Origin: a cyanobacterium endosymbiont of Rhopalodia gibba
Lineage (GTDB): Bacteria > Cyanobacteriota > Cyanobacteriia > Cyanobacteriales > Microcystaceae
Length of the DNA: 64,000 bases
Direction: 5' to 3'
Assembly: GCA_045159875.1 (NCBI GenBank)
Contig: CP067995.1
Coordinates: 608,001 to 672,000 of the forward strand
A model generated the notes under the pieces. It had not been told where the DNA came from and ran no database searches. It was given only the letters and a program-made list of their open reading frames with translations. A program made the position numbers and the translations under genes. Below, piece after piece: positions 54,831 to 64,000 of the stretch. Within the stretch, counting starts at the first letter, position 1. Each line of letters begins with the position of its first letter.

Positions 54831-55012
54831 TGCCTAAGGTACCAGAGAGATGTTCTTTTATTTCAAAAAATATTAAGTTTCTAATCAAAAAGAAATAAAT
54901 TATTTATAAAATTAAAAAGGCTCTTTGTTCGAAGTAAATCAAGATAGTTTTTGTTATGGTAGAATTCTAGAGTATTCTAGAAAGGCGCAAGCAATTAAAG
55001 GAATTCTTTATT

Positions 55013-55336
55013 ATGTCAAAGCCAGCCGAAGTGACAGATGAGAAGTTTAAAGACGACGTTTTAGACAGCGATATTCCGGTTCTAGTGGATTTTTGGGCTC
55101 CTTGGTGTGGTCCTTGTCGTATGGTTGCTCCAGTAGTAGAAGAAATCGCTGAACAGTATAAGGGTAAAGTAAAAGTCGTCAAACTCAATACCGACGACAA
55201 CCCTCAAATTGCAAGTCAGTATGGCATTCGTAGCATTCCCACTCTAATGATTTTCAAGGATGGCCAACGAGTAGATATGGTGGTTGGAGCAGTTCCCAAA
55301 ACAACTTTAGCCAACACTATTGAAAAGTATCTCTAA
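55013..55336 (+). CDS. trxA: thioredoxin (m-type)
   Basis: [25 protein letters not shown]. Confidence 0.97.
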   Translation: MSKPAEVTDEKFKDDVLDSDIPVLVDFWAPWCGPCRMVAPVVEEIAEQYKGKVKVVKLNTDDNPQIASQYGIRSIPTLMIFKDGQRVDMVVGAVPKTTLANTIEKYL

Positions 55337-55349
55337 GAGATTTGTAGAG

Positions 55350-55375
55350 GGAAAAGACATTGTAATGTCTTTTCC
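55350..55375. terminator. likely bidirectional terminator
   Basis: GGAAAAGACATT-gt-AATGTCTTTTCC between convergent genes. Confidence 0.7.
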
Positions 55376-55389
55376 TCCTGTGTTTTCTG

Positions 55390-56157
55390 TTATTGAAAAC
55401 GAACTCGTTGAGTCACTAAGGTTATACCATCTTTGCGGACTACTAGAGCAGAAAGCCATCTGTTTTCCGGTTTTTCTGAAGCTTTGATTTGTTTAAACAG
55501 TCCACCAGCTTGCAGCAATTCCAATTCCATTACTCCGGGTTCTAAATAACGATTACTATCTACCTTTTCACTAATAGCCGTTCCAGCCAAGAGATCTTCA
55601 TTGAGTGGTTCTTGGACAATGACATCAAAGTAAAACTTTTCTCCTACCTGCACTATATCGGGTAGTTTGACGTCCACCTTAGGAGGATTCGAGCCAGAAT
55701 TGAGTTCTGTCCGTTCCGTCAAAATTTCTTGATGCAATAATTTTCCATTTTGAAATGTTTGACGTGCTTTAATAGTGGCTTTAAGTTGAATGACTCGACC
55801 TGATGTTTCACTACTTCCTTCAATAATAGTTAGGGTTTTAGCCGTCCATCCTTTTTCTGTTTTATCCCAAGACTGAAGTTTGGTAGTGTATTGTAAATTA
55901 GGATAGTTTTCCCACAAAGATATTAATGCTTTGGAAAAAGATTCGGCCGTCAACCCATCAGTTGTGGCAAACTGATCGCCATATAAAGCCATCAACTTTT
56001 GATTATCACGGCTGTTAGCTGCCGTATTTATTTTTTCAATCAAACTTCTCAAAGCATTAGGGACTAAATCGGCACTTTCTGCACGAGGTACATGAATATT
56101 GCCTAAACTTAACCCCACGCCGAGTATTAAAAAGAGGAACCAACGCAATTGAATCAT
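55390..56157 (-). CDS. secreted NTF2-like domain protein
   Basis: Signal peptide; INTAANSRD..LMALY..F...DG; C-terminal GGLFK. Confidence 0.7.
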   Translation of the reverse strand: MIQLRWFLFLILGVGLSLGNIHVPRAESADLVPNALRSLIEKINTAANSRDNQKLMALYGDQFATTDGLTAESFSKALISLWENYPNLQYTTKLQSWDKTEKGWTAKTLTIIEGSSETSGRVIQLKATIKARQTFQNGKLLHQEILTERTELNSGSNPPKVDVKLPDIVQVGEKFYFDVIVQEPLNEDLLAGTAISEKVDSNRYLEPGVMELELLQAGGLFKQIKASEKPENRWLSALVVRKDGITLVTQRVRFQ

Positions 56158-56268
56158 CCGTCTACATTACCTTCAAACATCCTATTGTGAAAAATACAGG
56201 ATTCAGTCCCATTCTAGCGTATCTATACCTATAGTAATTTTCCTGTTCAACTCTAACTCATCACCAAT

Positions 56269-57327
56269 ATGGTTCGTCTATTAATTGCTGCAAGTGGAAC
56301 CGGAGGTCACCTATTTCCTGCATTGGCCTTGGCTGAATGCTTACCCGATTATCACATTGAATGGTTAGGAGTTCGTGATCGATTAGAAAAAACTCTGGTT
56401 GGCGCTCACTATCCTCTCCATACTATTGAGGTAGAAGGGTTTCAAAGTCGTAATCCTATTAAAATTTTGAAGGTTTTATTCAAACTGATGAGGGCAGTAT
56501 TCCAAGTAAAAAAACTAATTAAAACACATCAAATTAATATGGTATTTACGACGGGGGGATATATTGCTGCCCCTGCTATTATAGCTGCCCGTTTGTCAGG
56601 TATTAAGGCAATTATCCATGAATCTAATTTCATTCCAGGAAAAGTAACTCGTCTATTAAGTAGAACTTGCGATGGAGTAGCTTTGGGGTTTAAAGAAACG
56701 ACACAGTATTTACCCCAGTCCAAGACAGTATGGGTCAGCACTCCTGTGAGATCACAATTCTACAGTCCCCAACCCTTAGACTTACCCATTCCTGACAATG
56801 TCTTCTTAATTGTAGTGGTGGGGGGATCTCAAGGAGCTGTTTCTATCAACAACCTAATCCGTCAGTGCGCTTACTCTTGGTTGTCTGAGGGAGCATATAT
56901 CGTTCATTTAACGGGAATACATGATCCTGATGGTTCAAGTTTACAGCATCCCCACTATTTCCCTCTACATTTTTATGACAATATGGCGGGATTATTACAA
57001 AGGGCAAATTTAGCGGTGAGTAGAGCTGGTGCGGGAACATTAACGGAATTAGCTATTACTCAAACTCCAGCTATTTTAATTCCCTATCCTTTTGCCGCTG
57101 AAAATCACCAAGTTTATAATGCTCAGATTGTTGAAAAAGCAGGTGCAGCGTTAGTTTACCGTCAAGAAGAAATAACGCCTGAGATATTAGAAAATTCAGT
57201 ATTAAAATTATTAAAGAATTGCGATCAACTTCAAAAGATGGCAAATAAAGCAGGAACTTTAGCTGTTTTTGACAGTGCCCAACAATTAGCTAAAATGATT
57301 GAAGAAATGATAATTCCTAAAGTCTAA
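56269..57327 (+). CDS. murG: lipid II GlcNAc transferase MurG
   Basis: SGTGGHLFPA, TGGYI, HESN, GGSQGA, SRAGAGT, HQVYNA. Confidence 0.96.
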   Translation: MVRLLIAASGTGGHLFPALALAECLPDYHIEWLGVRDRLEKTLVGAHYPLHTIEVEGFQSRNPIKILKVLFKLMRAVFQVKKLIKTHQINMVFTTGGYIAAPAIIAARLSGIKAIIHESNFIPGKVTRLLSRTCDGVALGFKETTQYLPQSKTVWVSTPVRSQFYSPQPLDLPIPDNVFLIVVVGGSQGAVSINNLIRQCAYSWLSEGAYIVHLTGIHDPDGSSLQHPHYFPLHFYDNMAGLLQRANLAVSRAGAGTLTELAITQTPAILIPYPFAAENHQVYNAQIVEKAGAALVYRQEEITPEILENSVLKLLKNCDQLQKMANKAGTLAVFDSAQQLAKMIEEMIIPKV

Positions 57328-58006
57328 CTTAAATTGTTATTTTTTGAGTTTCCTTTCTTGTGAAGGTTGTCAAATGAGTGTGTAATAGACGCTGAATAAG
57401 AGTACTAACCAAATATATCCTTATTAGGGACGAGTAAAGAAAACCCAATTAGGAGTATTATCATAACAATGATTAACAAAGAGAAGCTAATACTCAGGTA
57501 TAATTCCTTTGAAACTATGACTATATTGATTTTAGCTAACCCCTCTCTTTTTCAAAAATAATCAGGATTTTATACATTATTTCTGTGGTAATGTTAAAAA
57601 GCAATAGAATCAAGATAATAACTGTGTACTAGAAGAAAAGCGAATATTTTAGTTTTTCTAAAAAACAAGGAAATGAAAAGCTTTGAGATTGATTCGTAGT
57701 ACAAATGCTAAATTTTATTAATGGTTACAATCAAGAGTGACAAATACTTCAGCAGTTTAACTTCGATCTAAACACTATCGAGGATGAAGATAACAAAAAT
57801 GAACTAGACAATGCTAAAGATTGTTTAACCATAAAAACCAAAAGCTGCAGATATATTGAAACAAATTCCTTAATATAAGATTTATATTAACTTCAAATAA
57901 AGTGAAAACTTTGGTATACTTACTACTGAGTACCAGGATTGCACTGACAATAGGTTTTTAAAAAAAATCATTAAAATACCAGTTTTTAATTTATTAAAAA
58001 TAATTT

Positions 58007-58627
58007 ATGAATCCTCCTCCCTACTGGCAAGATGCAATCATATATTTGTCTGATAAAGATAAAATTATCGCACAGTTAATCACCACTTACCAAAATGAAA
58101 GTATAATTAATCATCACAATCCTTTTTACACTTTGGTACGTGCAATTATTGGACAGCAAATATCTGTTAAGGCGGCTGACTCTATTTGGCGACGACTAGA
58201 ATTAAATATACCAATTTTTTCTCCAAAAAAAATTTTAGAAATAGATAAAAATCAATTTAAAGAATGGGGATTATCTCGTCAAAAAATTAACTATATTACC
58301 AACATTGCTAACGGGTTTAAAGATGGTCCTCTCACTCCTAATTTATGGTTACACATGAGTGACAAGGAAGTGTCTAAACAACTCATTTCTATCAAAGGAA
58401 TTGGACAGTGGACAGCTGAAATGTTTCTAATTTTTCATCTACATCGATCTGATATTTTCCCTATTACTGATTTAGCATTAATTAATGTAATTAACTATCT
58501 TTATTCAAAGAAATCATCTCTATCAAAAGCTGATATTATAGACTTATCTCAACAATGGAGACCTTATCGGACAGTGGCAACTTGGTATTTATGGCGCAGT
58601 CTTGATCCTGTTCCAGTACAGTATTAA
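58007..58627 (+). CDS. alkA: DNA-3-methyladenine glycosylase II (HhH-GPD)
   Basis: IIGQQISVKAA, IKGIGQWTAEMFLIF, WRPYRTVATWYLW. Confidence 0.9.
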   Translation: MNPPPYWQDAIIYLSDKDKIIAQLITTYQNESIINHHNPFYTLVRAIIGQQISVKAADSIWRRLELNIPIFSPKKILEIDKNQFKEWGLSRQKINYITNIANGFKDGPLTPNLWLHMSDKEVSKQLISIKGIGQWTAEMFLIFHLHRSDIFPITDLALINVINYLYSKKSSLSKADIIDLSQQWRPYRTVATWYLWRSLDPVPVQY

Positions 58628-59559
58628 AACTTTTTATGAAAAATTTAACCAAAATTATTATCCTAATAATATATTAAATATTCTGTATTAATAACATATT
58701 TTTTATTTAAATAAATTTACAAAAAATGAACCCAAGATATATTTTTAAATTAAAATTAATTTTTTAAAGAACCTCTTAAAAGGAGGTTTTATTAAAAAAT
58801 AGACTAAACAGTAACTCGTATATAATTTTTGTTCAATCTATCTCAAGATACATTGTCGTCAAATTAAATGTAATTGATGTGTCAATACAATTTCAAGATA
58901 GTTTTTATCTTAAAAAAAGAAGAAAAAGAACATTGACTAAAATATTTAAAAAAACAATTTAATGAAGAGTTTTTTAATAAAGTAAAGACAAAAATTATGG
59001 AAATAAGAAAATATAAAATAATAGTAAAATAGAACTAGACAGATAAAACATGATTATTTTTTAGAAAAATACAATTTTTTAGAAAGAATTAAGACTATTA
59101 ATTGAAATCAGTTAGTTAGTCTTAAAAAGATGTGGGATATTATTTGTATTCTAATCTAGAAACAATTCAAGCAATATGAGAAGGTATTAATGATAAATTA
59201 ATTGTAGTTATATTTAGAGGAGAGCTTGTGAAGTTAAGAATTCTATTGATTTTAAATCCCGAAGTTTTTTAACTTGGTATTCTGCTAGTTAATTCTACAT
59301 CATCAGTGCAATATAACTAAGCTAAAGCTCCTCAAAAATTATATGGACTTAAGTCTATTTTTAAAAGTTTTGTCAAATTTTAGGAAATAGAAATTTCTTT
59401 CCCCATATTTTTCATATAGATTCTGAAGTCCTCATTCTTGTACGTTAAGCATCCTCCAAATGAATGAAATTAACTTCATCTGTTGAGGGGAAGTTGATTA
59501 ATACCTGTACCTGATTAGATAGAGATGAGTAGGTTTCGTCACAGAAGTAGAGGATAACT

Positions 59560-59812
59560 ATGACCATGACTCACAAGTCCCTAAAACTGTTGATTGTTGT
59601 AGCTACCTTTTTCGTCTGGGTGCGGTTGTTCGTAGGTACTGTACAGACCTTGAATAGTACGACAGAAAATCACTGGAATAATCGAGCATTTGCCACCGAA
59701 AAGACCAAGTAACTATTTGACGGTTAAGGATGGGGTTTGGTCTAACCTTTTGTGCGAGGGGAGAGCTCCATACTTCGCCCGGCACCAACGGTATGAGTGT
59801 GGAGTTAACTTA
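59560..59812 (+). pseudogene. small ORF or fragmented gene of unknown function
   Basis: AGAGGA upstream of ATG 59560 gives a 50-aa ORF (MTMTHKSLKLLIVVATFFVWV..., stop 59712); another frame continues LRMGFGLTFCARGELHTSPGTNGMSVELT*. GC is higher than in the adjacent desert. Confidence 0.35.
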
Positions 59813-59909
59813 GAGCAAATAGATAAAAAACACTTCATAAATCTATTCATACATCTAAAAGAAACTACTAAAACGGCAACCTTGTTAGATCTTGAGGTTA
59901 GAGAGGGCG

Positions 59910-61151
59910 TCACGTTGTGTACTCTGAGTTAATTCTGATGTAGTCGTAGCTTAAATCACAGCCCCAAGCAGTCCCCTGTCCAGAGCCATTACCAATACGC
60001 ACTGAAATCAAGACTGTATCTTCTTGAAGATAGGTCCCCGTGGCCGCTTGTCTCAAGTAATTACTCGCCTCTTGTCGGTTAAATTCCAGAGGCTGACCGC
60101 TTTCGAGCATCAAGAAATTCCCTAATTTTACTTGCAAATCTTCTTGACGGAAGGTAACGTCGGCCTTTCCTGCAGCTGCTGCGATACGACCCCAATTGGG
60201 GTCACGTCCAAAAATTGCCGATTTAACTAATGATGACCCGGCGATGGTTTTGGCGACACGCCGCGCCCCTTGATCATCTAGTGCGCCTGAAACCTGTACC
60301 TCAATCAAACAAGTTGCCCCTTCTCCATCTCTAGCGATCGCCTTAGCTAAATGCTGACAGACTGCCTTTAACATGGCTTGTAGTTTCTCGGCATCTTTAC
60401 TCATTTCCGTAATGATGGGGGTGCGGGATTGACCATTAGCCAGGGCAATGAAACAGTCATTTGTACTAGTGTCTCCATCCACCGTAATTTGATTAAAACT
60501 TTCGTTAGCGACTTGAGTGATCATTTTTTGCCAGAGGGGAGTAGCTACTAACCCATCACAGGTAATGAACGACAGCATAGTCGCCATGTTAGGATGAATC
60601 ATTCCTGATCCCTTAGCCATACCACCAATACGGACTGGACGACCATCAATGGTGGTTTCTAGGGCAATAGATTTGGGGACTGAGTCAGTGGTAATAATTG
60701 CTTCAGCGGCGGCATCTCCTCCAGTGTCGGATAGGGCATTAACTAAAATTGGAATGCCTCGACGTATTTTATCCATACGAATATTCTGACCAATTACTCC
60801 TGTGGAAGCTAAGAGAACCTCGTTAGGAGAAATATTGAGAGCATCTCCTAAGAGATTGGCACTTTCTAGGACATCTTGCCACCCTTGTTCCCCCGTGGCG
60901 GCATTGGCTTGTCCGGCATTGCACATAATAGCACGACTACTGGTTTTGGCTCGGAGACATTGACGACAGTAGTCCACACAAGCTGCGTGAACTTGCGAAG
61001 TGGTAAACACACCAGCTGCGATTGCCTCAGTATCTGAGACAATGAGAGCTAAATCGGGAGTACCCGATGGTTTTAACCCTGCCGCAATTCCGGCTGCTTT
61101 AAAACCTTTGGGAGCGGTAATTCCGCCACTAATCACCTGCCAGTCCATCAT
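59910..61151 (-). CDS. argJ: bifunctional ornithine acetyltransferase / N-acetylglutamate synthase
   Basis: NAGQANAATG, STGVIG, KGSGMIHPNMATML, DGDTSTND, DGEGAT, WGCDLSYDY. Confidence 0.97.
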   Translation of the reverse strand: MMDWQVISGGITAPKGFKAAGIAAGLKPSGTPDLALIVSDTEAIAAGVFTTSQVHAACVDYCRQCLRAKTSSRAIMCNAGQANAATGEQGWQDVLESANLLGDALNISPNEVLLASTGVIGQNIRMDKIRRGIPILVNALSDTGGDAAAEAIITTDSVPKSIALETTIDGRPVRIGGMAKGSGMIHPNMATMLSFITCDGLVATPLWQKMITQVANESFNQITVDGDTSTNDCFIALANGQSRTPIITEMSKDAEKLQAMLKAVCQHLAKAIARDGEGATCLIEVQVSGALDDQGARRVAKTIAGSSLVKSAIFGRDPNWGRIAAAAGKADVTFRQEDLQVKLGNFLMLESGQPLEFNRQEASNYLRQAATGTYLQEDTVLISVRIGNGSGQGTAWGCDLSYDYIRINSEYTT

Positions 61152-61346
61152 ACGTATTTACCTATTTTCCTTACCTATTGTTGAGGTTAGTTAAAAAGTT
61201 GATTATAGCAAGTAGATTTTCAGTCGATCTAAAAATATCAGTTTGAAGATTTGTTTCAACCTTATTGAGAAATGAGGAGTATTGCCTTAAAAGTCTGGCA
61301 ACTTATTTAGACTAGAATGGGTGGCATTTAGATAAATTTTCTCTAG

Positions 61347-62192
61347 ATGAATACAAAACACAATACCCAATACAGACAAGGTTGGTCACTTGATGAGCGT
61401 GATCCAAAGTTTATCGCTTCACTGATGCCCTATTGGGAATGGTTGTATAAATACTATTTTCGAGTAAAGACTGACGGTTGGCATCATATACCCGAAAAAG
61501 GACCTTTACTGTTGGTAGGATCCCACAATGGGGGACTAGCTTCTCCTGATACATCTATGATGATGTATGATTGGTTTTCTCGTTTTGGCATTGAACGTCC
61601 TACCTATGGATTAATGCACCAGTCTGTCTGGACCATTAATCCATCAGCAGCCAATCTCGCCGTGCAAGTAGGAGCAGTTCGCGCCCATTCTAGAATGGGA
61701 ATTGCTGCTTTAAGACGGAGGGCTAGTGTTTTAGTTTATCCAGGAGGGGCGCAAGATGTGTTTCGTCCCTATACAAATCGCCATAAAATTGAGTTGGCTG
61801 GACGTAAAGGCTTCCTTAAATTAGCATTGCGTGAAAAATCTCCCATTGTTCCTGTAATTTCTGTAGGAGCGCATGAAACCTTGATAGTATTGGGGGATTG
61901 TTATCAGCAAGCGAAGCAATTGAACGAATGGGGAATATTACCTTGGTTATTTAATATTGATCCTGAAGTGTTCCCCATCTATTTAGGGTTGCCTTGGGGC
62001 GTTGGCATTGGAGCTCTTCCTAATTTTCCTCTTCCTGTCACCATTCATACTCGTGTCTGTCCTCCTATTATTTTTAAACGTTATGGCAGAGAGGCAGCTA
62101 GTGATCGCTTTTACGTTGATGCCTGTTATGAGTTAGTGCGCTCACAGATGCAACAGCATTTAGATCAATTGGTAATTGATAGTCAAAATTGA
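61347..62192 (+). CDS. DGAT2-like acyltransferase (similar to Synechocystis Slr2103)
   Basis: GWSLDERDP, YYFRV, VGSHNGG, YPGGAQD, GRKGF, YLGLPWG. Confidence 0.8.
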   Translation: MNTKHNTQYRQGWSLDERDPKFIASLMPYWEWLYKYYFRVKTDGWHHIPEKGPLLLVGSHNGGLASPDTSMMMYDWFSRFGIERPTYGLMHQSVWTINPSAANLAVQVGAVRAHSRMGIAALRRRASVLVYPGGAQDVFRPYTNRHKIELAGRKGFLKLALREKSPIVPVISVGAHETLIVLGDCYQQAKQLNEWGILPWLFNIDPEVFPIYLGLPWGVGIGALPNFPLPVTIHTRVCPPIIFKRYGREAASDRFYVDACYELVRSQMQQHLDQLVIDSQN

Positions 62193-64000
62193 TTGGTGAC
62201 ATTTAGAAAAGTTAAGCTACTTTTGCCGATCACAGTGGACTTCATTGCAATTAAATTTACATTCACTCACATAAATAGAAACTTCTTAAGTTGCGTAGGT
62301 ACTCAACTTCTTTTAAGCTTCATTAAGTAAACCATTTAATCAGCGCTGAAGCAACCTTCCAACTATCGATAATCAGGACTACAGTTTTTTTCAAAAAATA
62401 ACAAGAGGTAAGACTAGCTTATTTTTTTACCCGAAATTAAGATAAAATTTCTTATATAAATAGGAATAAGTAATCAACCTTTATGATTGATTGAATAATT
62501 TTGATCACTTTAATTCTTAGAATATCGGAGTAGAATAGATGAAACTAATATGGGTTAATAACAAATAATACAGTGACATCATTACCTAGCGGATAAGCTC
62601 CATAGAAAGATTCTAGTTAACTATATTAGAAAATGTTTTTAAAAATAGAGAAACTTTTATTATGCATATACAATATATGAAATTATTTAAAGTTTCGATC
62701 TTTTAATCTAAGACAATAATTTGAATGTTTATAAATTTGTCTATCATAGAGAAAAGATAGTATTTATTTTACAAATAAATTATTACTTAACTAACGGAAT
62801 AGTCGTAAACTTAAAAGTAAGTCAACTATGTACTATTTAGGAATATACAAAGCAATTACTATGTACCTAAATAACTTAAAATTACTCAATAATAACTAAA
62901 TATATTAAGTGAAAAAGATGCTTAATTATAGTTAATATACTTGAAAAGTAGTATCACTTTTAAGTTCAAAGATAATTTAATTATTAACTTAAAACTAATT
63001 TTTTATTTACTCTTTAGATTAGATTAACTCTGACTAGAAAAAAACTCATATCATATTTTCTGACTATGAATCTGTTGATTACATATAATGACTTCAGTAC
63101 CTAGTATTAATATTCAATAAATGAATAATTTGTTTTTGTTTAGAAAAATAGGCTTTTGTTAACTTCATTTAAATCTTGATGATCCTGGCAAAATACAATT
63201 GAACAATATTGATTATAAGTTTATTTTTTTAAAATTAGTTTAAATATACTATTCTCTTATTTTTCTTTATTTATATAATTTAAAACAACTGATACGCTCA
63301 TTTATGAATTGAGACTTATCGATTTTTAGCTATTCCTAGTAGGAAACCTATTTTCTGGTTATTAGACAAAGTATAAAATATCTATGATAAACGATTAAAG
63401 CCTGAATACTGAGATTAAGAAATCAAATATTAGGTATAGAGGTATAAATTACGCTTAACTATTGATTTATTTACAGTGGTTTCAAGACAGATATTCTATA
63501 CTTTAACAATTATTTTGGATTTTTAGATAGCCCATGTCTAAGTTTATTTATTAATATATAATTTGAAAAATTCAACAAATTAGTCTAAACCTGTAGAAAC
63601 TCCAAGTAGTTATACATAAATTAAGTAACACTATATTAGTATATATCATAACTTTAAAAGTTATCGCCGTTATCATCAAAAATAGATGACAAAATGTTTG
63701 AACAGAGCTAGGCATAAAAACTCTAACTAATTAACGTTGTCTCTTTATTTTAGAATGCTTATAAAATTAGAGCCATAAAAGATTTAATTTGAATTAAATA
63801 AAAATTAAAAAATTACTCAAGTATTGTTTTAAAGTTTGGCTTGGACTTCTTGCAATCAGAGGATTTTATGACTATAAATTTATAGTTTATTTGCATTTTT
63901 AATAATTATTATTTTTTTTGGTATTTAACTACTATTAACATACATATTATATTCAACTAGTTAAGTTTTCAATAAAGATCCATATTTTAAATTTAAAATG

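Noticed and set aside
54646..54837. 63-aa ORF upstream of trxA
   Set aside because: Its 3' end is the Yfr1 sRNA; better explained as an RNA gene.
58800..59250. Possible further IS630-like remnant (FLERIKTIN*NQLVSL)
   Set aside because: Only one weak fragment, with no recognisable catalytic motif.
1051..61194. Short ORFs antisense to or overlapping real genes (e.g. 1051, 4284, 4808, 9122, 10498, 10702, 15586, 15940, 17498, 21194, 26782, 30705, 41129, 45831, 51853, 52928, 54967, 56529, 56846, 61000)
   Set aside because: Shadow frames of well-supported genes with no independent evidence.
62500..62640. Possible IS6/DDE remnant (RIDETN)
   Set aside because: Match too short to call without a search.
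1..64000. CRISPR array, tRNA or rRNA genes, or a defence-system cluster
   Set aside because: No regularly spaced direct repeats, cloverleaf or rRNA-like GC-rich tracts, or cas/defence genes seen; the inverted repeats are unrelated single copies.

Overview
AT-rich cyanobacterial (Cyanothece/Crocosphaera-like) chromosome segment. It starts with the nifS-fdxN-nifB end of a nif cluster and the divergent nifP(cysE)-nifV-nifZ-nifT operon. Housekeeping genes follow (panC-cmk, rlpA, ileS, polA, murT, queD, lysA, cdaA, uppS, tadA, hisS, nagB, clpS, pcrA, trxA, murG, alkA, argJ), separated by 1-2.6 kb very AT-rich deserts that add up to roughly a third of the window. The combination of intact nif genes, a pseudogenised fdxN, gene deserts, IS fossils and eroded HIP1 octamers suggests a reducing nitrogen-fixing endosymbiont such as a rhopalodiacean diatom spheroid body (inference, not confirmed). 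Manual reading found several features absent from the ORF track: (1) a broken fdxN next to an intact but degenerate ferredoxin-like ORF; (2) a ~135-bp multi-box regulatory module present twice in inverted orientation in front of nifB and nifP; (3) the Yfr1 sRNA and a 12/13-nt complementary site over the rlpA ribosome-binding site; (4) fossils of IS630 (two copies), ISL3 and IS701 transposases, one of which splits lysA-cdaA-uppS; (5) about ten unrelated, near-perfect 11-20 bp inverted repeats in otherwise decayed DNA; (6) an orphan small ORF with a candidate promoter. No CRISPR array, rRNA, tRNA or clearly new multi-gene system was seen. All protein assignments are from recognition of motifs, not database searches.
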